Shown: positions 48,801 through 59,187, counted from the stretch's first letter. The stretch: DNA of 64,000 bases from Opitutales bacterium (GCA_049599475.1 JBMYOQ010000004.1:32001-96000), one strand, 5' to 3'. The notes: generated from the sequence alone by a model not told the origin. Numbers and translations are program-made.

Positions 48801-51315
48801 TCTCATACAAATCGCAGAAGCTGATTTTTCGAATCTATGGGCGGAAGCCACGGAGATTAAAATAGGTTTTTTAGAGGGGACTGAATTTCAAACTATGGCG
48901 ATGCCGTTTGGCTCGATGAGCGCTGGGCAAGGCCTTGAAATAAATCTCTCACGAAGCCAGTTGGGCCCTCTGGATTCATTTGAGATATCCGCCTTCAATC
49001 TAAAAGAAAAGGAATCTCACAACCTTTGGTATATACTATCGCCAGAGTTGGATACTTCTCTTCAAGATAATCTGAGTTGGACACAAAATGCTCAAGGAAG
49101 GGAGCAGCAAGCTTCGTCTTGGACTACCTCATTTGATGCGATTCCCTATTATTTTCCGAAAAGCCCTCTTTCAGGCCAGGAACAAGAGGCCCGAGAAAGT
49201 AGTTCGTTGTTGGCTGCAGATCTCGAAGAGCATGCTCTATATCCTCTCGCAATAGGAGAGTGGCTCCATCAAATCGAATTACTGAATGACCGTGACGGCG
49301 TTGTTTCAATGACCGCGCGAGCCCCCGATCAATCTGCTGAGTATCGGGTGCAGTTCTTGGAATTTGATCCGGGAGGAGATGCAGATGTCGGTGTAAGTAA
49401 TATTTCCGTACGAGCTCCTGTGGATGTAGACATCCGGGCACCAGAATGGGCGAGGAAAGGAGACCGCATTATTGCGGTAACGAAGATCTCGAACAACGAC
49501 GAGAGTCCACAAACTGAAGTCTTTGAAACACGCTTATCCTTCGGGTCAGAATCGGAATTTAGCAGCTTAAACAGAATGGATCTTGAGCCTGAAATCGATT
49601 ATTCTCTTCGATCCTATTTTGATATCCCGAATATCTCTGACTCTGACGATAATTTAGCTTCAATCAGTTTTAGGAGGGAGGGTAAACCTTGGAAGGTGGC
49701 CGTGGACCTAGAGCTGCATCCGAATGAATCGCTGGCAAAATACTTCTCCTCTGTAGATCAACTCCAGGCGGGTCTATGGAAAAACGAATCTGTTGATTTC
49801 GCTCGTTTGGACGCCGTTTATTTCGCATTCGGGTATGAACATTTGATTGAAATGTTAGGAGAAGTTTCGGAGCAAAGTGCCCCGGAATTCGTATTAGCGC
49901 ATCTACGCAATTTGCTCTTTGAGCTGCTCTCTGGAGATGCAGACCTCGCGAAGATACGCCAAGAAATCGATCATTTGGAGAGATTTCTTACGTCTGACGG
50001 AGGTATTTCGTTCTACGAGAACTCTCAGAAGGATATCTTTTGGTCTGCCTTTATTTATTTATTATTGAGCGAAGTGCGGACCGAATTCGGAGTCGATTCG
50101 CCTCTGGATGATGCGGTGAGTGGCTATCTGTCGAGTATCATTTCGGACGGCACTCAGAAGGCTTCGGCGCGCATATGGTCTCTCTATGCGCTATCGACTC
50201 GCTTCGTGGGGACAGACGCCACCGCAAGTAAGTCTGAACTATCGGCTTATCAACGCATGTGGAGGATTCGAGCCACATTGCCTCCGTATAGTTTACGGAT
50301 GCTGAGTGTCGTGGCGGATCGCTTTGGTCTCGTCGAAGATCGCAAGCTATGGGAGGATTTGGCGACGAGGCGTGAGGAGACTCCGACGGAAATTAAAGTA
50401 AATGATCGCCTACGCATCGGCTTGGCTAGTGCAACGACGCCTTTCTTCTCCAACTCGGAACAGACTATGATTAATGAGCTATTCAAGTCAGGCTCTGAGA
50501 CTGCCGGGGGTGCGTTTCAATTTTCGATCTCTGGTGATGCGTTAGATCGGACGTTTCTTTTGAAAATGCTTTTGGCTTTAAACTCTGTGCAGGGTGTGAG
50601 CTCGAAGGAGACCGTTGGTTTTCCCGATTTGGATGCATTTAGAAATGCACTACAAGTGAGAGTGTCGGATCGTATCTTGAGTCCGGAAGAGTTCGAATTG
50701 GCGCGATCGGAGTCGGGTTATTTTATGCTGATACTGGATCCTTCAGTAGGCTTAGCAAATCCACAAGGCTCACTCACGTTGTCGATCCAGGGATCTGTGC
50801 AGCCGTTGTGGGTGCTCAAAGGAATAGATGATCTTCGGAAAGCAGGAGATGGTGTTTTCCTGAGCCGAGACCTGAAGCGTATTAGCCGCGTGCAGACCCT
50901 ATTGCGCGGAGTTGTCGAAAAGTCCGAATCGGTTAAATCTGAGCAGGTTGTGCTCAATCCAGAGGATCGATTGCTCGTTGGTGTGAAAATCAACACAGAC
51001 CGTGCTCTGAGATCGCTTGTATTAAGAGAGCCCTTACCTGCAGGGATGCGCTTGGTTTCATCGGATCTTAAGCTAGTAGGCCGCTCGGGCCGTGAGCTGC
51101 CAGTGGAAGATGTAGAATGGTATGTCGATCCTTATGGAATCGAAGCCCGTATACGTAACTTGCCGGAAGGGGAATGGTCGATGGCTTATCGGCTCGGCCC
51201 TGATTTTGAGGGGGAATACCACTCCGGAAATTTTTCACTCTTTGGCAATGAACCAGAATTTCAGAAAGCGTACCTTCCGAAATACTCAGTCAAAATTTCT
51301 GAGGAACTGGAGTAG
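45874..51315 (+). CDS. Large secreted alpha-2-macroglobulin-like protein, divergent, no CxEQ thioester motif found
   Basis: About 1800 aa; GAYLVEL..WVTDI, APEWARKGDRI..ISN, DGGISFY, LREPLPAGM..FEGEY; track start 45808. Confidence 0.65.
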   Translation: MILARITRIVLFPLSAVLLSLCLLSAQEASLLRVGDLIEEPLVPESTELSSIENFGSQNVLEFEVKAAIERLAVLKNSSPALGGELVVARTDLQALIEEYLGSGFAQIDGEMLISAYQALGDSWVLVEGMGDFPSAWSYYVNGLNWLAGQPRSAWAANAYVEMFTRTFEDPFYLQRVSDRDQVTVMSQPWIGHLRDLLQLTDESQTGLYLLALFDQYNPETTLTERLRIRETYERALEGAEEQAWYHSARFHYALWLQEIGNASLDESGAFIANPDLPTAVSVFRDLIDSGQVSDTRRDEILNRLQDLESPDVTLEIGQAYLPGADVDVDLIWKNATGGSVRIFEISPATGFNFAGLGVDASIAEAASVDPTLEILEIPVSRDNLDNPYVYETKTIQLPLALDLGAYLVELEIEDGETAREILWVTDIAQINSISETHQTLTIVNTEEARLFEDSLDVVRWVWDESTLSWREETTVFPVNESRLRLEHEPTDSVFWVLAYRDRRISFSKATLGAVESMPEDSLYWAISDKTFLDLGETARIAYHIQVSDERVENLSLGYRLLDSDGKLLTIGQIEQEFPASGFVDYTVGENTSHGALNWEVFEIDSDKSVFSMPIAQVAPQALETLSLELQVNNQNIRENNQWSFPKGGTVDISGEFSDLFTDSAKQVLYRLNAYRSPLDDAQSGNSGMHSTAPSTLMRGLHTQSSRWESAYNQENTTDEFGRFRDLIPVVEAFDSEHKRYQYWVDFLYYEEGSGAWVSAGWMAFVVSEHAYIGRLGVSSTIVEPGGSVLMRFSAESPFRSPVAVDGQIRVERKEWEETWIDSRGRQLSGTEYRETRSRRGFFRSWAEGDRAYRLLDSGFRQEPIFARRLNLRAGNSFQRQFRLDEPGIYEFSWMDIDAAGRPIVETQTVYCIDLDSGSTATWNLQDIIWVSPDAFRPNGSGDSGVILFPDEVKRAWVEIQSRNGREMKVYEVGRGLIQIAEADFSNLWAEATEIKIGFLEGTEFQTMAMPFGSMSAGQGLEINLSRSQLGPLDSFEISAFNLKEKESHNLWYILSPELDTSLQDNLSWTQNAQGREQQASSWTTSFDAIPYYFPKSPLSGQEQEARESSSLLAADLEEHALYPLAIGEWLHQIELLNDRDGVVSMTARAPDQSAEYRVQFLEFDPGGDADVGVSNISVRAPVDVDIRAPEWARKGDRIIAVTKISNNDESPQTEVFETRLSFGSESEFSSLNRMDLEPEIDYSLRSYFDIPNISDSDDNLASISFRREGKPWKVAVDLELHPNESLAKYFSSVDQLQAGLWKNESVDFARLDAVYFAFGYEHLIEMLGEVSEQSAPEFVLAHLRNLLFELLSGDADLAKIRQEIDHLERFLTSDGGISFYENSQKDIFWSAFIYLLLSEVRTEFGVDSPLDDAVSGYLSSIISDGTQKASARIWSLYALSTRFVGTDATASKSELSAYQRMWRIRATLPPYSLRMLSVVADRFGLVEDRKLWEDLATRREETPTEIKVNDRLRIGLASATTPFFSNSEQTMINELFKSGSETAGGAFQFSISGDALDRTFLLKMLLALNSVQGVSSKETVGFPDLDAFRNALQVRVSDRILSPEEFELARSESGYFMLILDPSVGLANPQGSLTLSIQGSVQPLWVLKGIDDLRKAGDGVFLSRDLKRISRVQTLLRGVVEKSESVKSEQVVLNPEDRLLVGVKINTDRALRSLVLREPLPAGMRLVSSDLKLVGRSGRELPVEDVEWYVDPYGIEARIRNLPEGEWSMAYRLGPDFEGEYHSGNFSLFGNEPEFQKAYLPKYSVKISEELE

Positions 51316-51345
51316 GCGAGGTCTTAGCTCGTATCAGCTTCACTA

Positions 51346-53082
51346 TTACGCCGAAGGTAGCCAAAATTCAAAAGTCGTGCCCTCAGGGCCGGACTGGAGG
51401 AGTTGAATGTCGCCACGGTGGCTTTTCAAAATCCGTTTGCTGATGGCTAGGCCAAGACCTGTTCCGTCTTTTTTACCGGTAAGGAAAGAATCGAAAATAT
51501 GCTCCTGAATCTCGCGTGCAACGCCCGCTCCGGAGTCGGACACACTGACAACTACGCGATTGCTTGAGCCCACATCGCGATTGTCGGTTGAGATGCGAAT
51601 AGTCTGTGGCTCATCTTTATCTACGGAAGAGAGCTTTTTTTGAATGATGGCCTCCATCGCATTGATCATCAAGTTCAGCAAGAGCTGTTGTATTTGTCCC
51701 TTATTACAGTTTACATACACTGATTTTGGGGCGCTTTGGTGGACTATATTGATCTGGTTTTGCTTCAGTTTCAGGCGAACCAGTAAAATAGAATCTTCAA
51801 TCAGGCGGTCGATATTGCAGCGGGCGTGCATATCTTGCCGGGCTTTTCCAAACTGGAGAACTCTGGAGACAATGTCTTCGAGTTGGTTCAGTTTTTCATG
51901 GATGACTTCAACATCCTTCCCTCGCATATCACCCTCTGGAAATTTGAGATCCATGGCATCAAATAAAAGCCGGATAACAGTGAGCGGATTCCGGATTTCG
52001 TGTGCAATCTCAGCCGCGAGTAGACCCAGCGTTGTCAGTTTCTCTGTCTTACGCAGGCTCTCCTCAGAGGAGAATACGCGAGCATAGAGACGGGCGTTTT
52101 GAATGGCGACTGCTCCCATCCTTGCCATAGTCTCCAGAAGCTTCTTTTCGTCGTTATTGAAGCGATGATGTGTATCCGTATACGCGTTTAAAACGCCAAT
52201 TGGCTCGTCTTCGTAGGTGATCGGTACGGACAGCATGCTTACCAGGTTTTCCTGCCGAATAAGCTCTGTAAAATGATGCTCTTCACTTCTTGAGATGTCC
52301 GGTGCTTCAATGGATTTCTGGTGTTGGACCACCGTCCCCATGGAGCAATCTGCAGTCTGGATGGCTTCTTGATAGCGAATCGGTTTACCATCCGGACCAA
52401 TGAGCGAGGCCAGGCGAAGAGTCTTCTGGTCTTTACTCAATAGGAAGAGGGCGCACATTCGGCTTCCGAGTAGGCTGCGGGACTCGCGTACGACATCGAC
52501 CAGCACCTCGGGCAACTCGATCTTGCTTACAATGCGGCCGGTGACATTTACCAAGCTCTGCAATTGTCCCGCCTTGGTTTTCAATTGGCGAATGAGCCAC
52601 AGTCGGGACACGACCTTGGCTGCTTCATTGGTGAGCAGAGTCAGGCTCTTGAGGTTATGATCATCAAATGCGCCGACTTCTTCCGAGTCTACATTTACAA
52701 CACCGATCACTGTGCCCTGTTCCTCTAGGGGCACTGCCATTTCCGATCGAATGCTCGATTTGATACGCACGTATCTCGGATCCTTTGTAACATCTGGAAC
52801 GACTAGAGATTTTCCTCGCTGAGCTACCCATCCTGTGATGCCGCGACCGAGAGGTAGTTGTAATGAATTGGTATCCGCCGGGAGTCCCGAATAGACCTCA
52901 ATGTTTAGAGTATTTGTCTCAGGATTGATCATCGAGATGGATGCGCTACTGGCATCCAGCACACGGACCATCTCATCCAAAATTATCTGTAAAGCCTCGC
53001 TTGGATCGTCGGTGCTGCTGGTTAAGCTGCTTATTCTGTAAAGGGCATCGATCGCTGTGATGTCTCGGGACTCTAAGGACAT
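51346..53082 (-). CDS. Cytoplasmic histidine kinase with two GAF domains
   Basis: Two GAF repeats (GITGWVA..RSEMAVPL; SMLSVPI..IGVLN), AHEIRNPL, NLMINA, DSGAG, GTGLGL. Confidence 0.92.
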   Translation of the reverse strand: MSLESRDITAIDALYRISSLTSSTDDPSEALQIILDEMVRVLDASSASISMINPETNTLNIEVYSGLPADTNSLQLPLGRGITGWVAQRGKSLVVPDVTKDPRYVRIKSSIRSEMAVPLEEQGTVIGVVNVDSEEVGAFDDHNLKSLTLLTNEAAKVVSRLWLIRQLKTKAGQLQSLVNVTGRIVSKIELPEVLVDVVRESRSLLGSRMCALFLLSKDQKTLRLASLIGPDGKPIRYQEAIQTADCSMGTVVQHQKSIEAPDISRSEEHHFTELIRQENLVSMLSVPITYEDEPIGVLNAYTDTHHRFNNDEKKLLETMARMGAVAIQNARLYARVFSSEESLRKTEKLTTLGLLAAEIAHEIRNPLTVIRLLFDAMDLKFPEGDMRGKDVEVIHEKLNQLEDIVSRVLQFGKARQDMHARCNIDRLIEDSILLVRLKLKQNQINIVHQSAPKSVYVNCNKGQIQQLLLNLMINAMEAIIQKKLSSVDKDEPQTIRISTDNRDVGSSNRVVVSVSDSGAGVAREIQEHIFDSFLTGKKDGTGLGLAISKRILKSHRGDIQLLQSGPEGTTFEFWLPSA

Positions 53083-53287
53083 ACGTTAAAATTCTAGAGG
53101 GTTACTCAAAAGTCTCTTCATCTATAAGAGACGAAGTTCTTAGCGCTAGGCTATATCAGTTGGGCGAACCGCGATTTAAAGGTCTTTCGCAAAAGTTACT
53201 AACTCCTTCAGCCTATCGATTATTCGCGAAGAAAGTAAAGCTCTTCGCATCGAGGAGAGAAAATCATCTATATCGTCGAACTGCGTG

Positions 53288-56119
53288 TTACTCGCTCGTT
53301 CCGGTGCGGGTCTGCTCTTCGATGATTTGATTCAAGGTCTCGCGCAGTGAAAGGAGGTTATTCGTATCCGCGCTGGTTTCTTGATTGATGCGCTCGATGT
53401 AGAAGGTGTCCATGGCGACGCTGCGCTCGGTTGCGATTCGGGCAAATGCTATATCGAAACCGTGCTTATAAATGGCGTGCGCTATGAGATATAGCAGTCC
53501 GATTTTGTCACTGGCTTGAATCTCAAGAATCGTCCTCTGTAGAGACAATTCGTGATAGACGTCCACGCGAGGCGGAATGGCGGCTTGAAGCTGATTATCG
53601 TTGTTAATTGAGAATAGCTTACGCTTCTCTTGTTTGCGGGCTTGGGCGAGAATCTCTGGGTAGAGATCCTTGTTTAGCATCAATGCATCATTGACCGCTT
53701 TGGAGAAAATCTTGCGTGCCTTCGGGTTTTCCACAACTCCACCGCGTGGCTCGGAAACAAAGAAGGTATCGATCGTGATGTGGTCACTGCGTGAGATCGC
53801 TTTGGAGCTGAGGATATTCAACCCAGCAAGAGCAAATGCACCGGCGAGGCGGTAAAATAGCCCCGCTCGGTCCCATGTCACGATATTGACGACTGTCATG
53901 CTGCGCTCCAAATCGTCGTGCCAATCAATAATTGGGACGAGGGATCCTAGGGACTCCGCTTCGTGGATATTCGTCAAGAGTTGGTTGATCATCCGGATGT
54001 GCAACTCAATCTCCGGAATCGTGTGATGGATGAAGTAGCGCTCAGGCAGCAGACTGAAATGTGCTTCGATTTCGTCGGCCGAGATATCTGTTATCCCACG
54101 TTCTTTTATTGATTCGTAGGCAGACATTTTTCTTTCGCGACTCTGATCGCTGAGAGTCGACTTATTTTTAAGAACTTCGAAAGTTTCACGGTAAAGGCGT
54201 GTGTGAAGTGTGTTTTTATATTCGTTCCAAAGGCCTTCTGAGGTTCCGCAAGCATCGCAATATGTGTGCACATACAGTAACGAGAGCTGGTTGGCATCAC
54301 GTATAAATTCTGCGAAAGACTCTGGAGTTTTGGGGTCATCTAGATCAAATCTTTGCCAGAAGCGTGCCATTTCCAAATGGTGCCTTATAATGAACAATAT
54401 TTGTCCCCGTAAATCCTCTGGGATATCTAGCCGTTGGAGGATGGGTTCGGCGATCGCAACGCCGTTCAAAGCGTGGTTTTTGATCGCGATACCTTTACCG
54501 ATGTCGTGCAACAGGAGAATCAAGTAAAGCAGGTTGGGGTATTGTGCTTGTCGCAGAGCATTGCGATAGAGATCTGCCAGACGGTCCCGTTCATTGAATA
54601 CTCTATCCAGCTCTTTGATGGTATTTAGAGTGTGGATATCCGCAGTGTAGCGGTGATAGTATTCGTGTTGTACTAAGCAGGTGAGCTTTTGCCACTCGGG
54701 TATAAATCTGCCAAGAACGCGCGTGTCGTGCATCTCTATAAGTGCCCGGTGAACATCGCCCGCGCTTTGGAGAATAGCGCGCATCGCAGAGCTGGCTGAT
54801 GGGTCGTCAATAACGTGTCTTGTTATCAACGGTACGCTCTCGGAAATAAGGTTCTTAAGATCAAGATCGAGCTTCATCTTGTACTGTTGCATGTGTCGAA
54901 ACACACGAATCAGGCGGACGGGATCTCGTTTAAATACGTTCTTGTTTTGAGGGGTGATGAGTCCGTCCTGGAATACAAATCCATCGATGACACGTGGTTT
55001 CTCGCTCAACCCCTTATGGGCTCGAATGACATCCATGAACTTGATCGGAGTCTTGTCGGGGAGATTTGAACGTGCGAGCTTGGCCTCCAGGTATCGTGAA
55101 ACATTGAGGATCACGTCCGCGTGCCCATAGAAAACCTGCATAAAGGACTCTACGCGATCGAAGATGTTTTTTTGGCGGTAGCCTAAATTCCACGCAACCA
55201 AGGGTTGTGCCTCGAGATCCAGGAGGTCAGTGGGGCGTGAGCTTCGAAAGTGGATTTCGTTCCGGACTCTCAAGAGGAAGCTATATGCCTCTTTAAGTCG
55301 CTTCGCTTTCGAGCGTTTGAGATAGCCATTTTTGATGATGCTCGAGAAATCTCCTTTCCCGAATCGCACTCTAGACATCCACAAAATATTTTGAAAATCT
55401 CTCAAGCAGCCTACGCCGCTTTTCACATCGGGCTCTTGGACGTAGACAGAATCTCCCTGTCGCTTGCGTCGCGCTGTCTGAGATGCGAAGCGTTCCTGCA
55501 GATATTTGGAAGTATCTTCTTTCTTGAGGAATTTTTCGATGGCGCGTTCGAATCGTTGGAAGAGCTTTGCATCTCCGATGATGAGTCGTGTATCCAAGAT
55601 AGCATTCTTGGATTTTACCTCCGATTTTGCCTCGATGAGGGTTTCTTTGATTGAGCGAGAAGCGTGGCCTACTTTCAGTCCCAGGTCCCAGAGAGGGTAG
55701 AGGATGGCTTCGGTAAGTTTCTCCTGATATTTCTGGGCCGACTCGCCGCGGAGTGTATCTGGATAGAGAAAGAGCAGGTCGATATCGCTGAACGGACACA
55801 ATTCGCAGCGTCCATATCCGCCCGTCGCTATCACCGAAATTTTATAGGGTGGCTTGGCCTCTTTGGAGGCTTCGGTGATCGCATCTTTGTAGATTGTCTC
55901 AATCAAGACATCGATGATGATCGCGCGACTACGGGTAACGCGTATGCCACTATCGCCCTGGCGATGGTAGCGACGAAGCATTTTATCCTCGAGCGCGAGG
56001 AAGCGTTTATAAGCCTTAGTTCGGGTGCCCCGGTCTTCTTTCGATATTTTCGCTAAGCGTTGCTTTGCGTGCTTACGAATTCTTCGAAAGAGAGGATCTT
56101 CTGTGAACAGGGTCGCCAT
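53288..56119 (-). CDS. glnD: [Protein-PII] uridylyltransferase/uridylyl-removing enzyme
   Basis: GGYGR..SDIDLL, PDVKSGVGCLRD, YHRYTADIH, LHDIGKG, two ACT domains. Confidence 0.95.
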   Translation of the reverse strand: MATLFTEDPLFRRIRKHAKQRLAKISKEDRGTRTKAYKRFLALEDKMLRRYHRQGDSGIRVTRSRAIIIDVLIETIYKDAITEASKEAKPPYKISVIATGGYGRCELCPFSDIDLLFLYPDTLRGESAQKYQEKLTEAILYPLWDLGLKVGHASRSIKETLIEAKSEVKSKNAILDTRLIIGDAKLFQRFERAIEKFLKKEDTSKYLQERFASQTARRKRQGDSVYVQEPDVKSGVGCLRDFQNILWMSRVRFGKGDFSSIIKNGYLKRSKAKRLKEAYSFLLRVRNEIHFRSSRPTDLLDLEAQPLVAWNLGYRQKNIFDRVESFMQVFYGHADVILNVSRYLEAKLARSNLPDKTPIKFMDVIRAHKGLSEKPRVIDGFVFQDGLITPQNKNVFKRDPVRLIRVFRHMQQYKMKLDLDLKNLISESVPLITRHVIDDPSASSAMRAILQSAGDVHRALIEMHDTRVLGRFIPEWQKLTCLVQHEYYHRYTADIHTLNTIKELDRVFNERDRLADLYRNALRQAQYPNLLYLILLLHDIGKGIAIKNHALNGVAIAEPILQRLDIPEDLRGQILFIIRHHLEMARFWQRFDLDDPKTPESFAEFIRDANQLSLLYVHTYCDACGTSEGLWNEYKNTLHTRLYRETFEVLKNKSTLSDQSRERKMSAYESIKERGITDISADEIEAHFSLLPERYFIHHTIPEIELHIRMINQLLTNIHEAESLGSLVPIIDWHDDLERSMTVVNIVTWDRAGLFYRLAGAFALAGLNILSSKAISRSDHITIDTFFVSEPRGGVVENPKARKIFSKAVNDALMLNKDLYPEILAQARKQEKRKLFSINNDNQLQAAIPPRVDVYHELSLQRTILEIQASDKIGLLYLIAHAIYKHGFDIAFARIATERSVAMDTFYIERINQETSADTNNLLSLRETLNQIIEEQTRTGTSE

Positions 56120-56133
56120 GCGTCCGGGACTCC

Positions 56134-56433
56134 TTAGGCCTCCGCCTTCTGTTGTTTAGGACGATAAAATGTCGCTGAGAAACCCACTCTAGAAACGCAG
56201 ATTGATCGAGTTTTAGTCTCGAGGTCGGCCACTTGCTCCGTCATCACCTTGCGGTCCTTCACAAATTTCACTTTGACCAACTCTTCCTTCAAAAGAGCGG
56301 TCTCCATTTCGGTTAAAACGGTTTCCGAGATCCCGCTCTTTCCGAGGAGGACAGACGCCTTCAAACGTTGAGCAATGCCTCGCAGGGCTTTCTTTTCTTT
56401 TTGGCTAAGACTCTCTGTCTCTGATGATTCCAT
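56134..56433 (-). CDS. yhbY: YhbY/CRM RNA-binding protein
   Basis: KKALRGIAQRLK..LGKSG..EELVKVK..VG...FYR. Confidence 0.85.
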   Translation of the reverse strand: MESSETESLSQKEKKALRGIAQRLKASVLLGKSGISETVLTEMETALLKEELVKVKFVKDRKVMTEQVADLETKTRSICVSRVGFSATFYRPKQQKAEA

Positions 56434-56511
56434 GTATAATAATTAAGTGTCGCCCGCTGGACTCATATATTCAGCTTTGCTACGGGCTTATCGATAATTG
56501 TTTCGCAGTTT

Positions 56512-59187
56512 CTAGGCCGTAATTTCGAAATCCTGGAGAGTTTCCGCGACTTTGCCATTGTCCACGCCGCCACCCATGGCGAAATCAGGTTTGCCTCCGC
56601 CTTTGCCGTCGAAGGCTGGTGCGAGTTTACGAATGATGTCTCCTGCCTTGTATCCGGCAGCGATCGCTTCCTTTGAAGATAACGCAGCGATAGATACCTT
56701 GTTCTTGGAGGCAGTAGCGAGGACCACGAGTCCAGAGTCGAGTTTTCCAAGAACTTGTGCTCCGAGTGTGCGCAATTCCTTAGGGTTCTCAATGCTGACC
56801 GCCTTTTTCACGAGCTGGATGCCTCCCATTTCTGCTGCACCAGCAGCTAGGGTATCCGCAAGAGCTGCAGCATCTTTTTGCTCGGCAGCTTTAAGCTTCT
56901 GCTCGGCAGCCTTCTTATCGCTCAATAGGCTTTCAATGCGGGTGATCAATTGGTCTGGACGGCAATTCAAGGCCGCGGATGCTCCAGAAAGGTGAGTGAG
57001 CTGATTGTCGATCCAGGACTTCGCCGGAGCGCCTGCGACCGCCTCGATTCTCCGCACACCCGCAGCGATCGCCGATTCGCCGACGATTTTTATAGTTCCG
57101 ATTTCACCCGCGCTGGATACGTGCGTGCCTCCACATAATTCCTTGGAAAAGCCTCCGATGTCTACCACGCGAACACGGTCGCCATACTTTTCTCCAAAGA
57201 CAGCGACTACGTCTTCTGGCTTATCCTCGATTGCGATCTCGGAGGTTTGAACCGGGCCATTTTCTAGGGTCCGGGCATTCACGAGATTTTCGATGGTCTC
57301 AATCTGGTCCGAAGTCAGAGCTTCGAAGTGTGCAAAATCAAAGCGGAGGCGTTCGGGAGTGACCAAAGAACCTGCTTGGCGCACGTGGGTGCCAAGCACT
57401 TCACGAAGGGCCCAATTTAAAATGTGAGTGGCGGAGTGGTGGCGCTCAATAGGAGTGCGACGCTCATTGTCTACGGTCAGAGTGACGGCGCATCCAGCCG
57501 AAGCCTCAACAGACTCTTCGAGGAAATGTAAGAACCTGCCGTGTGCGTCCTTTTGCGTGTCGACTATTTTGAGTGGCTTGTCATCGATAATCGCGGTGCC
57601 GGTATCGCCGACCTGGCCGCCCATTTCCGCATAAAAGGGTGTCTTCTCTACGATAATGGCGTGTTTGTCTTCTTCGACAGATACGACTTCCACTAGCGTG
57701 GTTTCAATTTCACTCAGCGAACCTTCGAAGCCTACGAATTCAGTCGCTGCAGCGTCGTCGTCTTCGGATCTTACGGTAATCGTGGTTTTCTTTTGAGCTG
57801 CTCTAGCGCGTTGGCGTTGAGCCTCCATGGCAACTTCGAAGCCTTCCGAATCGACTGTCCAGCCACGCTCGCGAGCGATCAACTCAGTCAAGTCAACCGG
57901 GAAGCCGTAGGTGTCGTATAAGGTGAAGGTCTCTTCTCCCGAGATGGTTTTGGACGCATCTTCTGTCTTCGAGAAAATGCCGTTTAGCAGCTGAAGGCCT
58001 CGGTCAATCGTCTTATCGAAGGCATTTTCTTCTGCAGTGATGACCTTTTTGATCACCTCGCGCTGCTTCTCAAGCTCGGGGAAGAAAGGGCCCATCTTAT
58101 CCACCAATGGATCTGCCAGCTTCGCAAAGAATCCAGCGGGTAAATCGAGCTTTTTCCCAAACATCACTGCACGGCGCAAGATGCGACGGAGGACGTAATT
58201 GCGGCCTTCATTGCCTGGAAGAATGCCATCAGCGATTGAGAAGGAGAGGGTTCGGATATGGTCCGCAATCACGCGGAAGGCACAGTCCTTTTTCTCTTCA
58301 GTGGTTGGCTCTTCACCCACTTCCGGCAGTGTGCTGGTGTAACTCTCAGAGCAGAGCGCTGAGATCGATTTGAAAATGTCCTGAAACAGGTCGCTCTCGT
58401 AGTTGGAGGGCGGAGCCGAGAAATTGGTAAAGCCCTGGGTCGTGGCAATAATGCCTGCAACGCGCTCAAACCCCATGCCCGTATCGACGTGCTTCGAGGG
58501 GAGCGGGCTGAAGCTGCCGTCTTCTCCGGCATTGAATTGGATAAATACTAGATTCCAGATCTCGATGCACCAAGGAGAGTCCTCGTTTACGAGCGAGCCT
58601 TTCGTGTCTCCCTCAGGTGTTAGATCGATGTGTAACTCCGAACAAGGACCACAAGGTCCTGTGTCGCCCATCATCCAGAAATTGTCCTTCTTGTTTCCGT
58701 TGACGATGTGGACGTCAGGATCGAGGCCTGCCTTTTCGAAGATAGCCTTCCAATAGTCGTAGGCTTCTTGATCAAATTCGGATGGGTCACCAGGGCCCGG
58801 TTTGTAGACCGTGGCGTAAAGGCGCTCCTTGGGAAATTTCCAGACCTCAGTAATCAGTTCCCACGCCCAAGAAATCGCTTCTTGCTTAAAATAGTCGCCG
58901 AAAGACCAGTTCCCGAGCATTTCGAAGAAGGTCTGGTGATAGGCGTCGAAGCCGACATCTTCGAGATCGTTGTGCTTTCCCCCAGCTCGAATACATTTTT
59001 GTGTGTCTGCCGCGCGTGTGAATGCGGGAGTCCGTTCTCCGAGGAAATAGGGCACAAACTGGTTCATCCCCGCGTTCGTGAACAGGAGATTCGGCGCGTC
59101 GGGCATCAGAGAAGCTGATGGAACAACGCGGTGCTGTTTCGAAGCGAAGAAGTCGAGGAAGGATTGTCGGATCTCGGCGGACGTCAT
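56512..59187 (-). CDS. alaS: Alanine--tRNA ligase
   Basis: FTNAGMNQF, FEMLGNWSFGDYFK, DTGMGFER, HSATH, ELCGGTH, GKGGGK. Confidence 0.98.
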   Translation of the reverse strand: MTSAEIRQSFLDFFASKQHRVVPSASLMPDAPNLLFTNAGMNQFVPYFLGERTPAFTRAADTQKCIRAGGKHNDLEDVGFDAYHQTFFEMLGNWSFGDYFKQEAISWAWELITEVWKFPKERLYATVYKPGPGDPSEFDQEAYDYWKAIFEKAGLDPDVHIVNGNKKDNFWMMGDTGPCGPCSELHIDLTPEGDTKGSLVNEDSPWCIEIWNLVFIQFNAGEDGSFSPLPSKHVDTGMGFERVAGIIATTQGFTNFSAPPSNYESDLFQDIFKSISALCSESYTSTLPEVGEEPTTEEKKDCAFRVIADHIRTLSFSIADGILPGNEGRNYVLRRILRRAVMFGKKLDLPAGFFAKLADPLVDKMGPFFPELEKQREVIKKVITAEENAFDKTIDRGLQLLNGIFSKTEDASKTISGEETFTLYDTYGFPVDLTELIARERGWTVDSEGFEVAMEAQRQRARAAQKKTTITVRSEDDDAAATEFVGFEGSLSEIETTLVEVVSVEEDKHAIIVEKTPFYAEMGGQVGDTGTAIIDDKPLKIVDTQKDAHGRFLHFLEESVEASAGCAVTLTVDNERRTPIERHHSATHILNWALREVLGTHVRQAGSLVTPERLRFDFAHFEALTSDQIETIENLVNARTLENGPVQTSEIAIEDKPEDVVAVFGEKYGDRVRVVDIGGFSKELCGGTHVSSAGEIGTIKIVGESAIAAGVRRIEAVAGAPAKSWIDNQLTHLSGASAALNCRPDQLITRIESLLSDKKAAEQKLKAAEQKDAAALADTLAAGAAEMGGIQLVKKAVSIENPKELRTLGAQVLGKLDSGLVVLATASKNKVSIAALSSKEAIAAGYKAGDIIRKLAPAFDGKGGGKPDFAMGGGVDNGKVAETLQDFEITA

